Shown one piece after another: positions 24,169 through 31,745 of a stretch of 35,447 nucleotides of DNA. Below the pieces are notes generated by a model, which ran no database searches, had not been told where the DNA came from, and saw only the letters and a list, made by a program, of their open reading frames with translations. Position numbers and translations under genes: made by a program. The stretch is taken from positions 1 through 35,447 of the forward strand of contig JAJZPD010000001.1 of assembly GCA_021811305.1 (NCBI GenBank), given 5' to 3'. Source of the stretch: a bacterium. GTDB taxonomy: Bacteria > Patescibacteriota > Minisyncoccia > UBA6257 > Colwellbacteraceae. Each line of letters opens with the position of its first letter. Positions within the stretch are counted from its first letter, which is position 1.

Positions 24169-25369
24169 ATTGCGGCTTCTCGGCGTTATAGATAGCTTGA
24201 ATTTGAGATGGCGTGAGGGCAATATTATAAATATATACGTCATTAAGATTTCCCCTAGCTGAATCAATAAAGGACACTGTAGTGGTATTTAACCCGAGAC
24301 TAACCCCGCTGCTTAATGTGCTATTTTTTACAGCGCCATTAACATAAGAGGTAACAACACTGCCGTTGAAAGTTCCGCCTAAAAAATACCAAGTATTTTG
24401 GCTTAAATTACCATAACTTGCCCAATACTGCGCGTTACATCCAGAACTATTATTTACACCAAATCCTAAGGTTAAATGCGAAAGCCAACCCATAGAGCTA
24501 CACCATCCCCTATTAACTATTCGATAATCGCCGGTGCTCGTTGTGTCATCAAACCACTCTAACACGGTAATTTGATTAGTTGTTGCTGGTGCAACATTAG
24601 AACTAATAGGAACATTCCCACCATTTGTGTTATTTACACAATAATTAGATACACATCCCGATGAAATATAAGTTGCCGGAGAATTAAGTGTGCCGTTATT
24701 CCCCCATCCACTACGGTCATATACTATCGTCCCAGACCCCTCATTTAGTGGCCAAAACCCAACTAATCCGTGCAGAAATGGCGTAAGAGCTAAATTATTC
24801 CCTACTTCGTAAGTCGTCGGATCAACTCCGCCATCCGAGGCGGCGGTCGCCTGGTACTTATTGGACTCGAAATGAGCCGTTAATTCGTAATTAGTGCCGT
24901 TAGTCGCGTAGGTATAATATTCTCCACCAGTCGGCGAGTTTGTCGGATCGACCGGCAAAGCCGAGATCGGCGAACCGCCCGGAATTTGCGAGAGGTTGAC
25001 CGGCATCCAGCCTGTGCCGTTCGTATTGAATAAGTTCTGCTGCGAAACGCAGTTGTAGGTCCAGCCCGTCGGTAGCGCCGGCAAACCTAAAGAGGAACAG
25101 GTCGAGGTCTGGCTGCCGGTCAAAGTCGGGTCGGGCAACGAGATATAAACGACATCCGGCGATCCCAAACCCGTAGCGCCGGGGCCTTGGTAGATATACG
25201 AAGCGACAGCCTGGTTAATGGAACCTAGGTCCCCTATCCGGCGGACGTCGCGCCCCTGAGCCAATAGCTGCGCCGGGTTTATCACTAAAACGACCGTCGC
25301 CGCCATAATGCCGATAAGGGTTATCGTTATCAAAAGCTCGACAAGAGTAAAAGAGTCTTGTGACCTCAT
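24167..25369 (-). CDS. type IV pilin-like protein with a C-terminal LamG/concanavalin-like domain
   Basis: 400 aa with a prepilin-type N-terminus, MRSQDS/FTLVELLITITLIGIMAATVVLVI. The C-terminal half (LVGFWPLNEGSGTIVYDRSGWGNNGTL...NLNDVYIYNIALT) looks like the LamG jelly-roll. The ATG overlaps the pheT stop (ATGA). Confidence 0.75.
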   Translation of the reverse strand: MRSQDSFTLVELLITITLIGIMAATVVLVINPAQLLAQGRDVRRIGDLGSINQAVASYIYQGPGATGLGSPDVVYISLPDPTLTGSQTSTCSSLGLPALPTGWTYNCVSQQNLFNTNGTGWMPVNLSQIPGGSPISALPVDPTNSPTGGEYYTYATNGTNYELTAHFESNKYQATAASDGGVDPTTYEVGNNLALTPFLHGLVGFWPLNEGSGTIVYDRSGWGNNGTLNSPATYISSGCVSNYCVNNTNGGNVPISSNVAPATTNQITVLEWFDDTTSTGDYRIVNRGWCSSMGWLSHLTLGFGVNNSSGCNAQYWASYGNLSQNTWYFLGGTFNGSVVTSYVNGAVKNSTLSSGVSLGLNTTTVSFIDSARGNLNDVYIYNIALTPSQIQAIYNAEKPQ

Positions 25370-27321
25370 CGGATGACGAAGCTGAACTTTCTCTTTAATT
25401 GATTAATAATTGACGCCGCCTCCCTTTCCGCTTCCTCATCGCGCAACGTTTTATCCCACGCCTGAAAAACTAGGCGCAGAGTGAAGCGCCGCTGGTCGTA
25501 GTAGTCCGCGACGTCGACGTCCCAAAGGTGTTCGACCTTCGCGCGGTTTATCTCCTCCAGTATATCCCCCACGGGAACTGCGTTGTCGAATTCCAAAGAA
25601 AGATCGCGGCTGATCGATGGATATTTAGGCAGCGCCCGGTACTCAAATTCCTCTGACGAGGCGTTTTTTATTTCTTCCAAATCCAACTCCGCTATGGCGC
25701 GTTGATCCTTGCCATCAACGACACTGACACGACCGATGACGTTATGGTCAATCTCGATAAAAGTCGAGCCGCTCCCAGATGGGCGGAAAAAGATTTCGGT
25801 TATCCCGAAACTTAGCAAAAGCTGATTGACTACTCCTTTCAATGCGGCTGAGGCCGGCTTATCCTTGGACCCGAAGCCGATCGCCAGATGAAAACGCTCT
25901 CCGGCTGCGCTAAAGACTTTTCCGACCTCGAAAATGGGCAACTCGTCGAAATGCCGAGAGTTGTCTTGCAGCGCCGCAAGCATGTAGCTGGTCAGCTCTC
26001 CCCGCAAGTATTTTTTATCGCTAGCAATCGGGTTCTGAATCTCCAGCAACGTTTTCTCTTTCGGCGAAGAGGACCAGATCCAATCCGACGATGGCTTATC
26101 GAAAAACGAATAGGAATAGATCTCGCTGAACCCCAGATTGCGCAGAAAATCCCTAGCTCTCCTTTTGGCCACCAGTATGTCATCGGTTTCCGCTGGCTTA
26201 AGGTAAATATGCGGCGGCCGCGACGGTATATTGTTATACCCGTAGATGCGCCCCACTTCTTCAATCAGATCCTCCGTCGTCTGTAAGTCGCGGCGGAGAA
26301 CCGGCGTCTGAACAAGGAAGTCAAAGCGCTCGTTTTTAGATGGCAAGATCGCCATTCCCAGCTTCTTCAGGATCGCCATCGACTCATTTTTTTTAACGGA
26401 AACTCCGAGAACGCTCGCAGCTTTTTCTACGCTAAAGCCGATTATCTCGCCCTTAGCCGCCTTGGGATAGTATTCAAAAGAGTCTAAAACCCTCCCTCCG
26501 GAAAGCTCCTTCACCAGGTAAGCCGCGCGGGCGGCGCCGTACTCCGCCAATTCCGGACTCAAGTCCCGGGCAAAACGCGCCGAAGCATCAGTTACGAGAT
26601 TCAGCTGCTTCGAAGTGGCGTAAACCTCGGGAGCTGAAAAGTTGGCGGATTCGATGAATATCTTCTTCGTTGAAGAATCGACTTCGGCCCTCTTGCCTCC
26701 TTTTATGCCGGCGATCGCCAATATTCCTTCCGCATCGGCTATTACCAGGTCTCCGGCGGACAAGTTGTAGGTTTTGCCATCCAAACCCTCCATTCTTTCC
26801 CCGGCTTTGGCGCGGCGGATGATTATCTTCTTATTTCTTCCATCGCCGGCGATCTTGTCGTAATCGAAGGCGTGCAAAGGCTGGCCGGTTTCCAACATTG
26901 CGTAATTCATTATATCGACGATTAAATTAATCGGACGCAACCCGCAAGCCTCCAAATATTTTTTCAACCAGCTCGGCGAAGCTGTTTTCTTTTCTAAGGA
27001 GAGAAGAAGCGCGTCATACCGTAAGCAGAGCGCAGGATCCTCGACCTTCACTGAAAAAAGCTTATTGCCCGACGGCAGATTAACCGCCCGGCCGAAGCCG
27101 GCCGGGAGCGAAACCTTCAAGTCAAAAATGGCCGCCGCCTCCTTGGCAATCCCCCAGTGCGAAGCTGCATCGGCATAGCGATTGGCCGGCAAAGAGATAT
27201 CCAAAGCGTCCCCCGCCAAAACCTCCGCTTCGAATGCCTTTAAATTAAGCTCTTCAACCAGCTTTTTTTTAGGCGGCAGTTGCGGAACAAATTCTTTGAT
27301 TAAAGAGTAGCTGAACTTCAT
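25366..27321 (-). CDS. pheT: phenylalanine--tRNA ligase beta subunit (651 aa; lacks the N-terminal tRNA_bind/B2 OB domain)
   Basis: MKFSYSLIKEFV..., B3/4 domain (MNYAMLETGQPLHAFDYDKI), B5 domain, and the C-terminal anticodon-binding FDX-ACB region. It sits directly after pheS. Confidence 0.93.
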   Translation of the reverse strand: MKFSYSLIKEFVPQLPPKKKLVEELNLKAFEAEVLAGDALDISLPANRYADAASHWGIAKEAAAIFDLKVSLPAGFGRAVNLPSGNKLFSVKVEDPALCLRYDALLLSLEKKTASPSWLKKYLEACGLRPINLIVDIMNYAMLETGQPLHAFDYDKIAGDGRNKKIIIRRAKAGERMEGLDGKTYNLSAGDLVIADAEGILAIAGIKGGKRAEVDSSTKKIFIESANFSAPEVYATSKQLNLVTDASARFARDLSPELAEYGAARAAYLVKELSGGRVLDSFEYYPKAAKGEIIGFSVEKAASVLGVSVKKNESMAILKKLGMAILPSKNERFDFLVQTPVLRRDLQTTEDLIEEVGRIYGYNNIPSRPPHIYLKPAETDDILVAKRRARDFLRNLGFSEIYSYSFFDKPSSDWIWSSSPKEKTLLEIQNPIASDKKYLRGELTSYMLAALQDNSRHFDELPIFEVGKVFSAAGERFHLAIGFGSKDKPASAALKGVVNQLLLSFGITEIFFRPSGSGSTFIEIDHNVIGRVSVVDGKDQRAIAELDLEEIKNASSEEFEYRALPKYPSISRDLSLEFDNAVPVGDILEEINRAKVEHLWDVDVADYYDQRRFTLRLVFQAWDKTLRDEEAEREAASIINQLKRKFSFVIR

Positions 27322-27324
27322 GTT

Positions 27325-28359
27325 TTAAAACTGGTTTATGATCCGCAGATCGTCGGAATAGAACAATCTTATGTCCGGAATCTTATACTTAAGCATCGCC
27401 AGTCTCTCCAGGCCAACGCCAAAGGCAAACCCCTGCCATTCCTCCGGGTTATATCCGGCGGCTTCGAAGACTTTCGGGTTGACCATTCCCGCTCCCATCA
27501 CCTCCAGCCATTCGGATTTGCGGCTCTCGGCAATCGCCCGCAGGCTCTCGCTTTGTTCGCCTTTTCCTCCGACCAAGCGAACATCGACTTCCACGCTCGG
27601 TTCGGTAAACGGAAAGTAGCTTGGGCGGAACCTGAACTCGGTCTTCGGGCCGAACATTTTTTTCAAGAATTCCTCAATGACATACTTAAAATTAGCTAGG
27701 CTGACATCGCGCCCGACCATAAGCCCCTCCACTTGGTAAAAGTTGATCTCGTGCGAAGCGTCGGTCGCCTCGTAGCGGAAAACGCGGCCCGGGACGATTA
27801 TCTGCAAGGGCGGAGTGTGCGTCTCCATATAGCGGACCTGCATCGGGCTGGTATGCGTGCGTAGGAGCTTGCGCGACCTGGAATCATTTCCTCCTTTTAG
27901 CCAAAAGGTATCCCACATCTCGCGCGCGGGGTGGTTGGCTGGAATATTCAGGACGTCGAAATTATAATGCTCGGTCTCGACCTCCGGGCCATCGATAACC
28001 GAAAAATTCATCGAGGTGAAGATGTCCACCACCTCTTTTTCCATCAGCGTCAGCGGATGTAAATGCCCGAAGGCATGGCGAGTGCCCGGCCTGGTCAAAT
28101 CGACCTTCGCCTCCGCTTTAGACGAAGCCAGCTCCTTTTCTTTGGATGCCAGCATCCCTTCAATCTCCTTGCGGGCTTGCTGCAGTTTGGGAGCGGCGTT
28201 TCTCCTCTCTTCCAGTGGGAGATCTTTCAGCCCACGCAAAGCAAGCGTCAGCTCGCTTTTCCTGCCGACGTACTTGACGCGCACGGCTTCCAGCTCTTGC
28301 AGATTGTTGCACGCTTCTATATCGGTATATGCCTCCTGCTTAAGAGTTTCCGGATTCAT
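27325..28359 (-). CDS. pheS: phenylalanine--tRNA ligase alpha subunit
   Basis: 344 aa with class II aaRS motifs: HPLTLM, LLRTHTSPMQVRYM, FRPSYFPFTEPSVEVDV, and GAGMVNPKV...GFAFGVGLERLAML. Confidence 0.96.
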   Translation of the reverse strand: MNPETLKQEAYTDIEACNNLQELEAVRVKYVGRKSELTLALRGLKDLPLEERRNAAPKLQQARKEIEGMLASKEKELASSKAEAKVDLTRPGTRHAFGHLHPLTLMEKEVVDIFTSMNFSVIDGPEVETEHYNFDVLNIPANHPAREMWDTFWLKGGNDSRSRKLLRTHTSPMQVRYMETHTPPLQIIVPGRVFRYEATDASHEINFYQVEGLMVGRDVSLANFKYVIEEFLKKMFGPKTEFRFRPSYFPFTEPSVEVDVRLVGGKGEQSESLRAIAESRKSEWLEVMGAGMVNPKVFEAAGYNPEEWQGFAFGVGLERLAMLKYKIPDIRLFYSDDLRIINQF

Positions 28360-28388
28360 TATCTATAGTATCGATTAAAAAAATTTTT

Positions 28389-28417
28389 TTGACAATAAGT
28401 GGTTTTAAATATAAACT
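28389..28417 (+). promoter_or_regulatory. promoter of the initiator-like tRNA (TTGACA-17-TAAACT)
   Basis: -35 at 28389-28394 and -10 at 28412-28417. The tRNA starts at 28438. Confidence 0.5.
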
Positions 28418-28437
28418 GGAGGAGTTCCAGATGTCGC

Positions 28438-28508
28438 CGCGGGGTGGAGGAACGGTACCTCGTGAGGCCCATAACCTCAAGGAGCGGGTTCAATTCCCGC
28501 CCCCGCAA
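28438..28508 (+). tRNA. tRNA-Met (CAT), initiator-like (C1-A72 mismatch)
   Basis: cgcgggg tg gagg aacggta cctc g tgagg ccCATaa cctca agga gcggg ttcaatt cccgc ccccgca a. Closely parallels E. coli tRNA-fMet at both ends (CGCGGGGTGGAG...CCCCCGCAA). Confidence 0.85.
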
Positions 28509-28510
28509 CA

Positions 28511-28573
28511 AAAAAAGCGCAAAACGAAAAGCGCAAAGTTTAAAATAAGATTTTTTTCATTTTCGCTCTTTTG
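28511..28573. repeat. GCGCAAAA/AAAGCG element, short locus F
   Basis: aaaaaagcgcaaaacgaaaagcgcaaagtttaaaataagatttttttcattttcgctcttttgag lies immediately 3' of the tRNA. Confidence 0.6.
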
Positions 28574-28610
28574 AGCTCGTCAGCCTAGAAGCGCATCTAA
28601 GGAATGGAAA

Positions 28611-28633
28611 AGGGGTTTTTAAAGAGAACCCCT
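28611..28633 (-). terminator. intrinsic terminator after the 211-aa orphan
   Basis: AGGGGTT-tttaaagag-AACCCCT. The minus-strand reading is followed by TTTTCCATT. Confidence 0.5.
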
Positions 28634-28652
28634 AGAAACTCTTCGGCCTAAC

Positions 28653-29288
28653 TCAGGCCTTCTGGGAAATTAAGCGCTCAAGGCTGCGCGGCAGCCTGTC
28701 ACGCACGCCATCCTCCGCATAAAAAATGTCGGCGAACGGCGCGGAAACCTTCTGCCACAAAGCCCTGATCGGATCAGCGAATCCGCCCAAACACTCCGGC
28801 AGGTCACTTATGAATCCAAACCAACGCTTAGAAACAACAATGACCTCGCCTGATTCACCAAAGGTGATCCAGCGCCGATCGATGCCGACCAGGAACTCCG
28901 AAATATCCGTTGCAGGCTTGAGGCTGTAAACGGTCGCGGCTGACTTCGGGACCAGGAAAGAGGCCCTGGTTCCTTGAGAAAGCGGCTCTTCGGAATTTGG
29001 AATCCTGGTGTAGGGACGCAAAGGCTTACCCGAACACTCACAGATCACGGCGTGATCTTGCTCATTCTCGGTTCCGCAGAAGAAAAGCATGCCGTCCAAG
29101 GTATCTCTGCCAAACATGGCGAGAGGACTGGGAAGCAGGCATGCCATCTCTCGCTCTTCTTCGGAGACAGCGCGTTCATTCAATCGCAGGGCTGCAAAGT
29201 TCGCTCCGCGAAGACGAACGATATCCGTAGGGTTCAGAAGCCTGGACAATCCACCGACAAACACCAATGTTTGAAGCTCTTGATCCAT
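28653..29288 (-). CDS. hypothetical protein (211 aa), no recognisable domain
   Basis: ORF 28653..29294. The ATG at 29286-29288 is preceded by GAGGAGGG (29294-29301) at 5-nt spacing. The composition is protein-like, with no TM helix or signal peptide. Confidence 0.6.
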   Translation of the reverse strand: MDQELQTLVFVGGLSRLLNPTDIVRLRGANFAALRLNERAVSEEEREMACLLPSPLAMFGRDTLDGMLFFCGTENEQDHAVICECSGKPLRPYTRIPNSEEPLSQGTRASFLVPKSAATVYSLKPATDISEFLVGIDRRWITFGESGEVIVVSKRWFGFISDLPECLGGFADPIRALWQKVSAPFADIFYAEDGVRDRLPRSLERLISQKA

Positions 29289-29541
29289 TTGCACCCTCCT
29301 CGAATCGCTTCCGCAAAGCGGAAACCGCGCCTGTTTCGGCCGGCGTCGCCGAGTGTCTGCCCTTGTAGAGCAGCGCCCCGCCGTCTTTTTTAAGACGACG
29401 AAGCGCTGCCCGCAAAAGCAATCCCAGAAATATAAATATAAAAGAACCGCATTCCTTTGGAGTAAAAAACAAAAAACTCCCGCTAAGGAATATGATCAAA
29501 GTTTGCCACTTCCCTTTATTTCGGTCAATAGCGATTTTAAG

Positions 29542-29570
29542 TTGAAAAAGAAGCGATGATTACGTATATT
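29542..29570 (+). promoter_or_regulatory. promoter of the second CAT tRNA (TTGAAA-17-TATATT)
   Basis: -35 at 29542-29547 and -10 at 29565-29570. The tRNA 5' end is 10 nt downstream. Confidence 0.55.
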
Positions 29571-29580
29571 GTATTAGCTG

Positions 29581-29656
29581 GTCAGGGTAGCTCAGTTGGC
29601 AGAGCGAGGGAGTCATAACCCCTAGGTCGTGGGTTCGAGCCCCACCCCTGGCACCA
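29581..29656 (+). tRNA. tRNA with CAT anticodon (elongator Met, or Ile2 if lysidinylated), CCA encoded
   Basis: gtcaggg ta gctc agttggca gagc g aggga gtCATaa cccct aggtc gtggg ttcgagc cccac ccctggc a cca. Confidence 0.88.
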
Positions 29657-29702
29657 AAACAAAACAACATGTGTCTGCAAGATGCGTGTTGTTTTGTTTT
29701 TT
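29656..29702 (+). terminator. 16-bp A/T-rich hairpin terminator directly after the tRNA
   Basis: aaaacaaaacaacatg (29656-29671) pairs with cgtgttgttttgtttt (29685-29700), followed by tt. Confidence 0.5.
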
Positions 29703-29806
29703 ATGGCGGGCGGCTCGAACCAGGAAAGGGTCGGGAAACCGGGAGGTTTCCTGTGGCGGAACACACAAACCGAGGGGTTTGTGGGAGTGTGCCATAGGCG
29801 CACGAC

Positions 29807-29827
29807 TTCGAGCCCCACCCCTGGCAC
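29807..29827 (+). repeat. exact 21-nt direct repeat of the CAT-tRNA 3' end (att-like scar)
   Basis: ttcgagccccacccctggcac occurs at 29634-29654 (inside the tRNA) and again at 29807-29827. The second copy has no 5' T-stem partner. Confidence 0.8.
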
Positions 29828-29828
29828 T

Positions 29829-29961
29829 AAAAAGCGCAAAACTTAAAGCGTAAAATGCAAAGCAATTAACGATCGGCGGCTAGCCGTTATTTTTTGCTTT
29901 TAGCTTTGCGCTCGCCTTGTCGCTGTTTTTCGCTTTTAGTTTTTAGTTTTGCGTTTTTCGC
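29829..29961. repeat. palindromic GCGCAAAA/AAAGCG element, locus G (near-copy of the inner unit of locus E)
   Basis: A-arm aaaaagcgcaaaacttaaagcgtaaaatgcaaagca, core attaacgatcggcggctagccgttat, and a long T-arm ...gctttgcgctcgccttgtcgctgtttttcgcttttagtttttagttttgcgtttttcgc. Confidence 0.85.
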
Positions 29962-29970
29962 TGATTGCCC

Positions 29971-29976
29971 TATAAT
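29971..29976 (+). promoter_or_regulatory. perfect TATAAT -10 element 13 nt upstream of tRNA-Asp
   Basis: The sequence reads ttgccc TATAAT tgcctttgatcaa, then the tRNA begins. Confidence 0.45.
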
Positions 29977-29989
29977 TGCCTTTGATCAA

Positions 29990-30064
29990 GCGGGCGTAGC
30001 TTAGCTGGCCTAAAGCGCTTCCCTGTCACGGAAGAGATCGCCGGTTCGAGTCCGGTCGCCCGCG
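29990..30064 (+). tRNA. tRNA-Asp (GTC)
   Basis: gcgggcg ta gctt agctggcctaa agcg cttcc ctGTCac ggaag agatc gccgg ttcgagt ccggt cgcccgc g. Confidence 0.9.
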
Positions 30065-30261
30065 CAGCAATACCGGATAGAGCAACATTCTAAGTCCTGT
30101 GACGATCGTCACAAAATTTAAAATTTTTAAAGAATAAGGACGGAAATATATGCCTTTCTCCGATTATAGTTTATCAACAGTTGGCACTTGCTTTTATCGA
30201 TGTTAGCGGTAAACTTTAAAGCAGATTCTCCATAAGATTTTTGTCGGCGGAGAGAATAAAA

Positions 30262-30290
30262 AGAAAAGCCATTGTGAGGATGGCTTTTCT
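30262..30290 (-). terminator. intrinsic terminator downstream of gatA
   Basis: AGAAAAGCCAT-tgtgagg-ATGGCTTTTCT (11 bp). The minus-strand reading is followed by TTTTTATT. Confidence 0.75.
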
Positions 30291-30305
30291 TTTTATTCCG
30301 CCAGG

Positions 30306-31745
30306 TTACAGCCTTTCATAAAGGCGGCCTATATCCAGAATATCCTTTTCCCGCCAAGGCTTTCCCATCAACTGGAAACCGATCGGAAGTTTTCCTTCGC
30401 GCCCGCGCACCGGCATCGAAACAGCCGGCAGCCCAGCTAAGTTGGCGGGGATAGTGAAGATATCCGACAGATACATTTGCAGCGGATCATTAGCCTTCTC
30501 CCCTATCTTAAAAGCCGGCGTAGGCGTAACCGGAGCGAGTATCACGTCCACTTCTCTAAATGCCTCGTCAAAGTCTTTCTTAATCAAGCTGCGCGCTTTT
30601 TGCGCCTTGAGATAATAAGCGTCGTAATATCCGGCGGATAAAGCGAAAGTTCCAAGTAAAATCCTCCGTTTGGTCTCCGGCCCGAATCCGTAGCTGCGGT
30701 TGTACAGATAAAGATCCAACAAACTCGGGCGTCCTGAACGGGGCGGCGGCGAGTAGCGGAGACCGTCGTAGCGAGCCAGGTTGGTGCTAACCTCGGCCGG
30801 CATTATCAGATAATAAACGGCTACCGCATACTTAGTGTGCGGCAAGGAAATCTTTTTAAGATTTATTTTGAGAGACTTTAAATCCTCAATAACCTTTTCC
30901 ATCTCCCCCCGTACCTCCGGATCCAATCCTTCGCCGAAATACTCGTCGGGAATGCCTATTTTTAATTCTCTTATCCTTTCCAGGTCGGGATCAGCGGTCA
31001 AATCGTGGTAGTCGGCGTCAACGCTCGTTGAATCTTTCGGATCAATTCCAGCTATTGCCTGAAAAAGTGTAGCCGCATCCTCGGCATTCTTGGCGATCGG
31101 ACCTATTTGATCTAAAGAAGAAGCCATGGCGATGGCGCCGAATCTGGAAACAGCTCCGTAGGTAGGCTTTAGTCCGACAACTCCGCAGAAAGCCGCGGGT
31201 TCCCGGACTGAGCCGCCGGTGTCCGTTCCTAAAGCTCCGATAGCCATATGCGCCGCAACCGCCGCCGCCGAGCCGCCGGATGAGCCGCCGGCCACCCTCT
31301 CCGAATCATGCGGATTGCGGGTGACGCCGAAAGCAGAGTTCTCGGTGGAGGAGCCCATGGCAAACTCGTCCAGGTTAGTCTTGCCGATAAAAATCGCTCC
31401 CCTCTTTTTCAGCTTGGCAATCACCTCGGCGTCATAAGGAGCGCTATAATTTTCCAGAATCTTCGAAGCGGCCGTCGCCGGCAAACCTTCAACCAATATA
31501 TTGTCCTTAATAGCCAATGGCACGCCGGCTAAGACTCCGGGGTCGTCCCCTTCCGCCAGCCTGACGTCGATCTTCGAGGCGGCCTCAAGAGCTTGATCGC
31601 GATGCAAGCTTAAGAAAGCATTCAATTCCGAATTCTTCTCCTCGGCGAAATCGAAGAAAAACTTCGTAATCTCGAACGTTGAAAAGGACTTGTTAAGCAA
31701 GCCTTCGCGAAAGCTCTTGATTGTCAGATCCCTTAAGTTAAGCAT
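30306..31745 (-). CDS. gatA: Asp/Glu-tRNA(Asn/Gln) amidotransferase subunit A
   Basis: 479 aa with the amidase signature GGSSGGSAAAVAA and the GatA-type N-terminus. Confidence 0.96.
   Translation of the reverse strand: MLNLRDLTIKSFREGLLNKSFSTFEITKFFFDFAEEKNSELNAFLSLHRDQALEAASKIDVRLAEGDDPGVLAGVPLAIKDNILVEGLPATAASKILENYSAPYDAEVIAKLKKRGAIFIGKTNLDEFAMGSSTENSAFGVTRNPHDSERVAGGSSGGSAAAVAAHMAIGALGTDTGGSVREPAAFCGVVGLKPTYGAVSRFGAIAMASSLDQIGPIAKNAEDAATLFQAIAGIDPKDSTSVDADYHDLTADPDLERIRELKIGIPDEYFGEGLDPEVRGEMEKVIEDLKSLKINLKKISLPHTKYAVAVYYLIMPAEVSTNLARYDGLRYSPPPRSGRPSLLDLYLYNRSYGFGPETKRRILLGTFALSAGYYDAYYLKAQKARSLIKKDFDEAFREVDVILAPVTPTPAFKIGEKANDPLQMYLSDIFTIPANLAGLPAVSMPVRGREGKLPIGFQLMGKPWREKDILDIGRLYERL

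Noticed and set aside
29176-29499. A 107-aa minus-strand ORF (TTG start, hydrophobic N-terminus) upstream of and overlapping the 211-aa orphan.
   Set aside because: It has a non-ATG start without a convincing SD. It overlaps the downstream gene by 113 nt in another frame, and its second half is Arg/Ala/Gly-rich read-through of a structured GC-rich leader. A real small membrane peptide covering only the first 40 or so codons cannot be excluded.
29582-29839. An 85-aa minus-strand ORF and a 74-aa plus-strand ORF over the tRNA region.
   Set aside because: They overlap the CAT tRNA, its terminator and the duplicated tRNA 3' end, so they are artefacts of stop-free structured RNA sequence.
4978-29961. 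The GCGCAAAA/AAAGCG repeats, considered as a CRISPR array or arrays.
   Set aside because: There is no fixed-length direct repeat alternating with unique spacers. The loci are inverted-repeat hairpins scattered at separate intergenic sites, and there are no cas genes.
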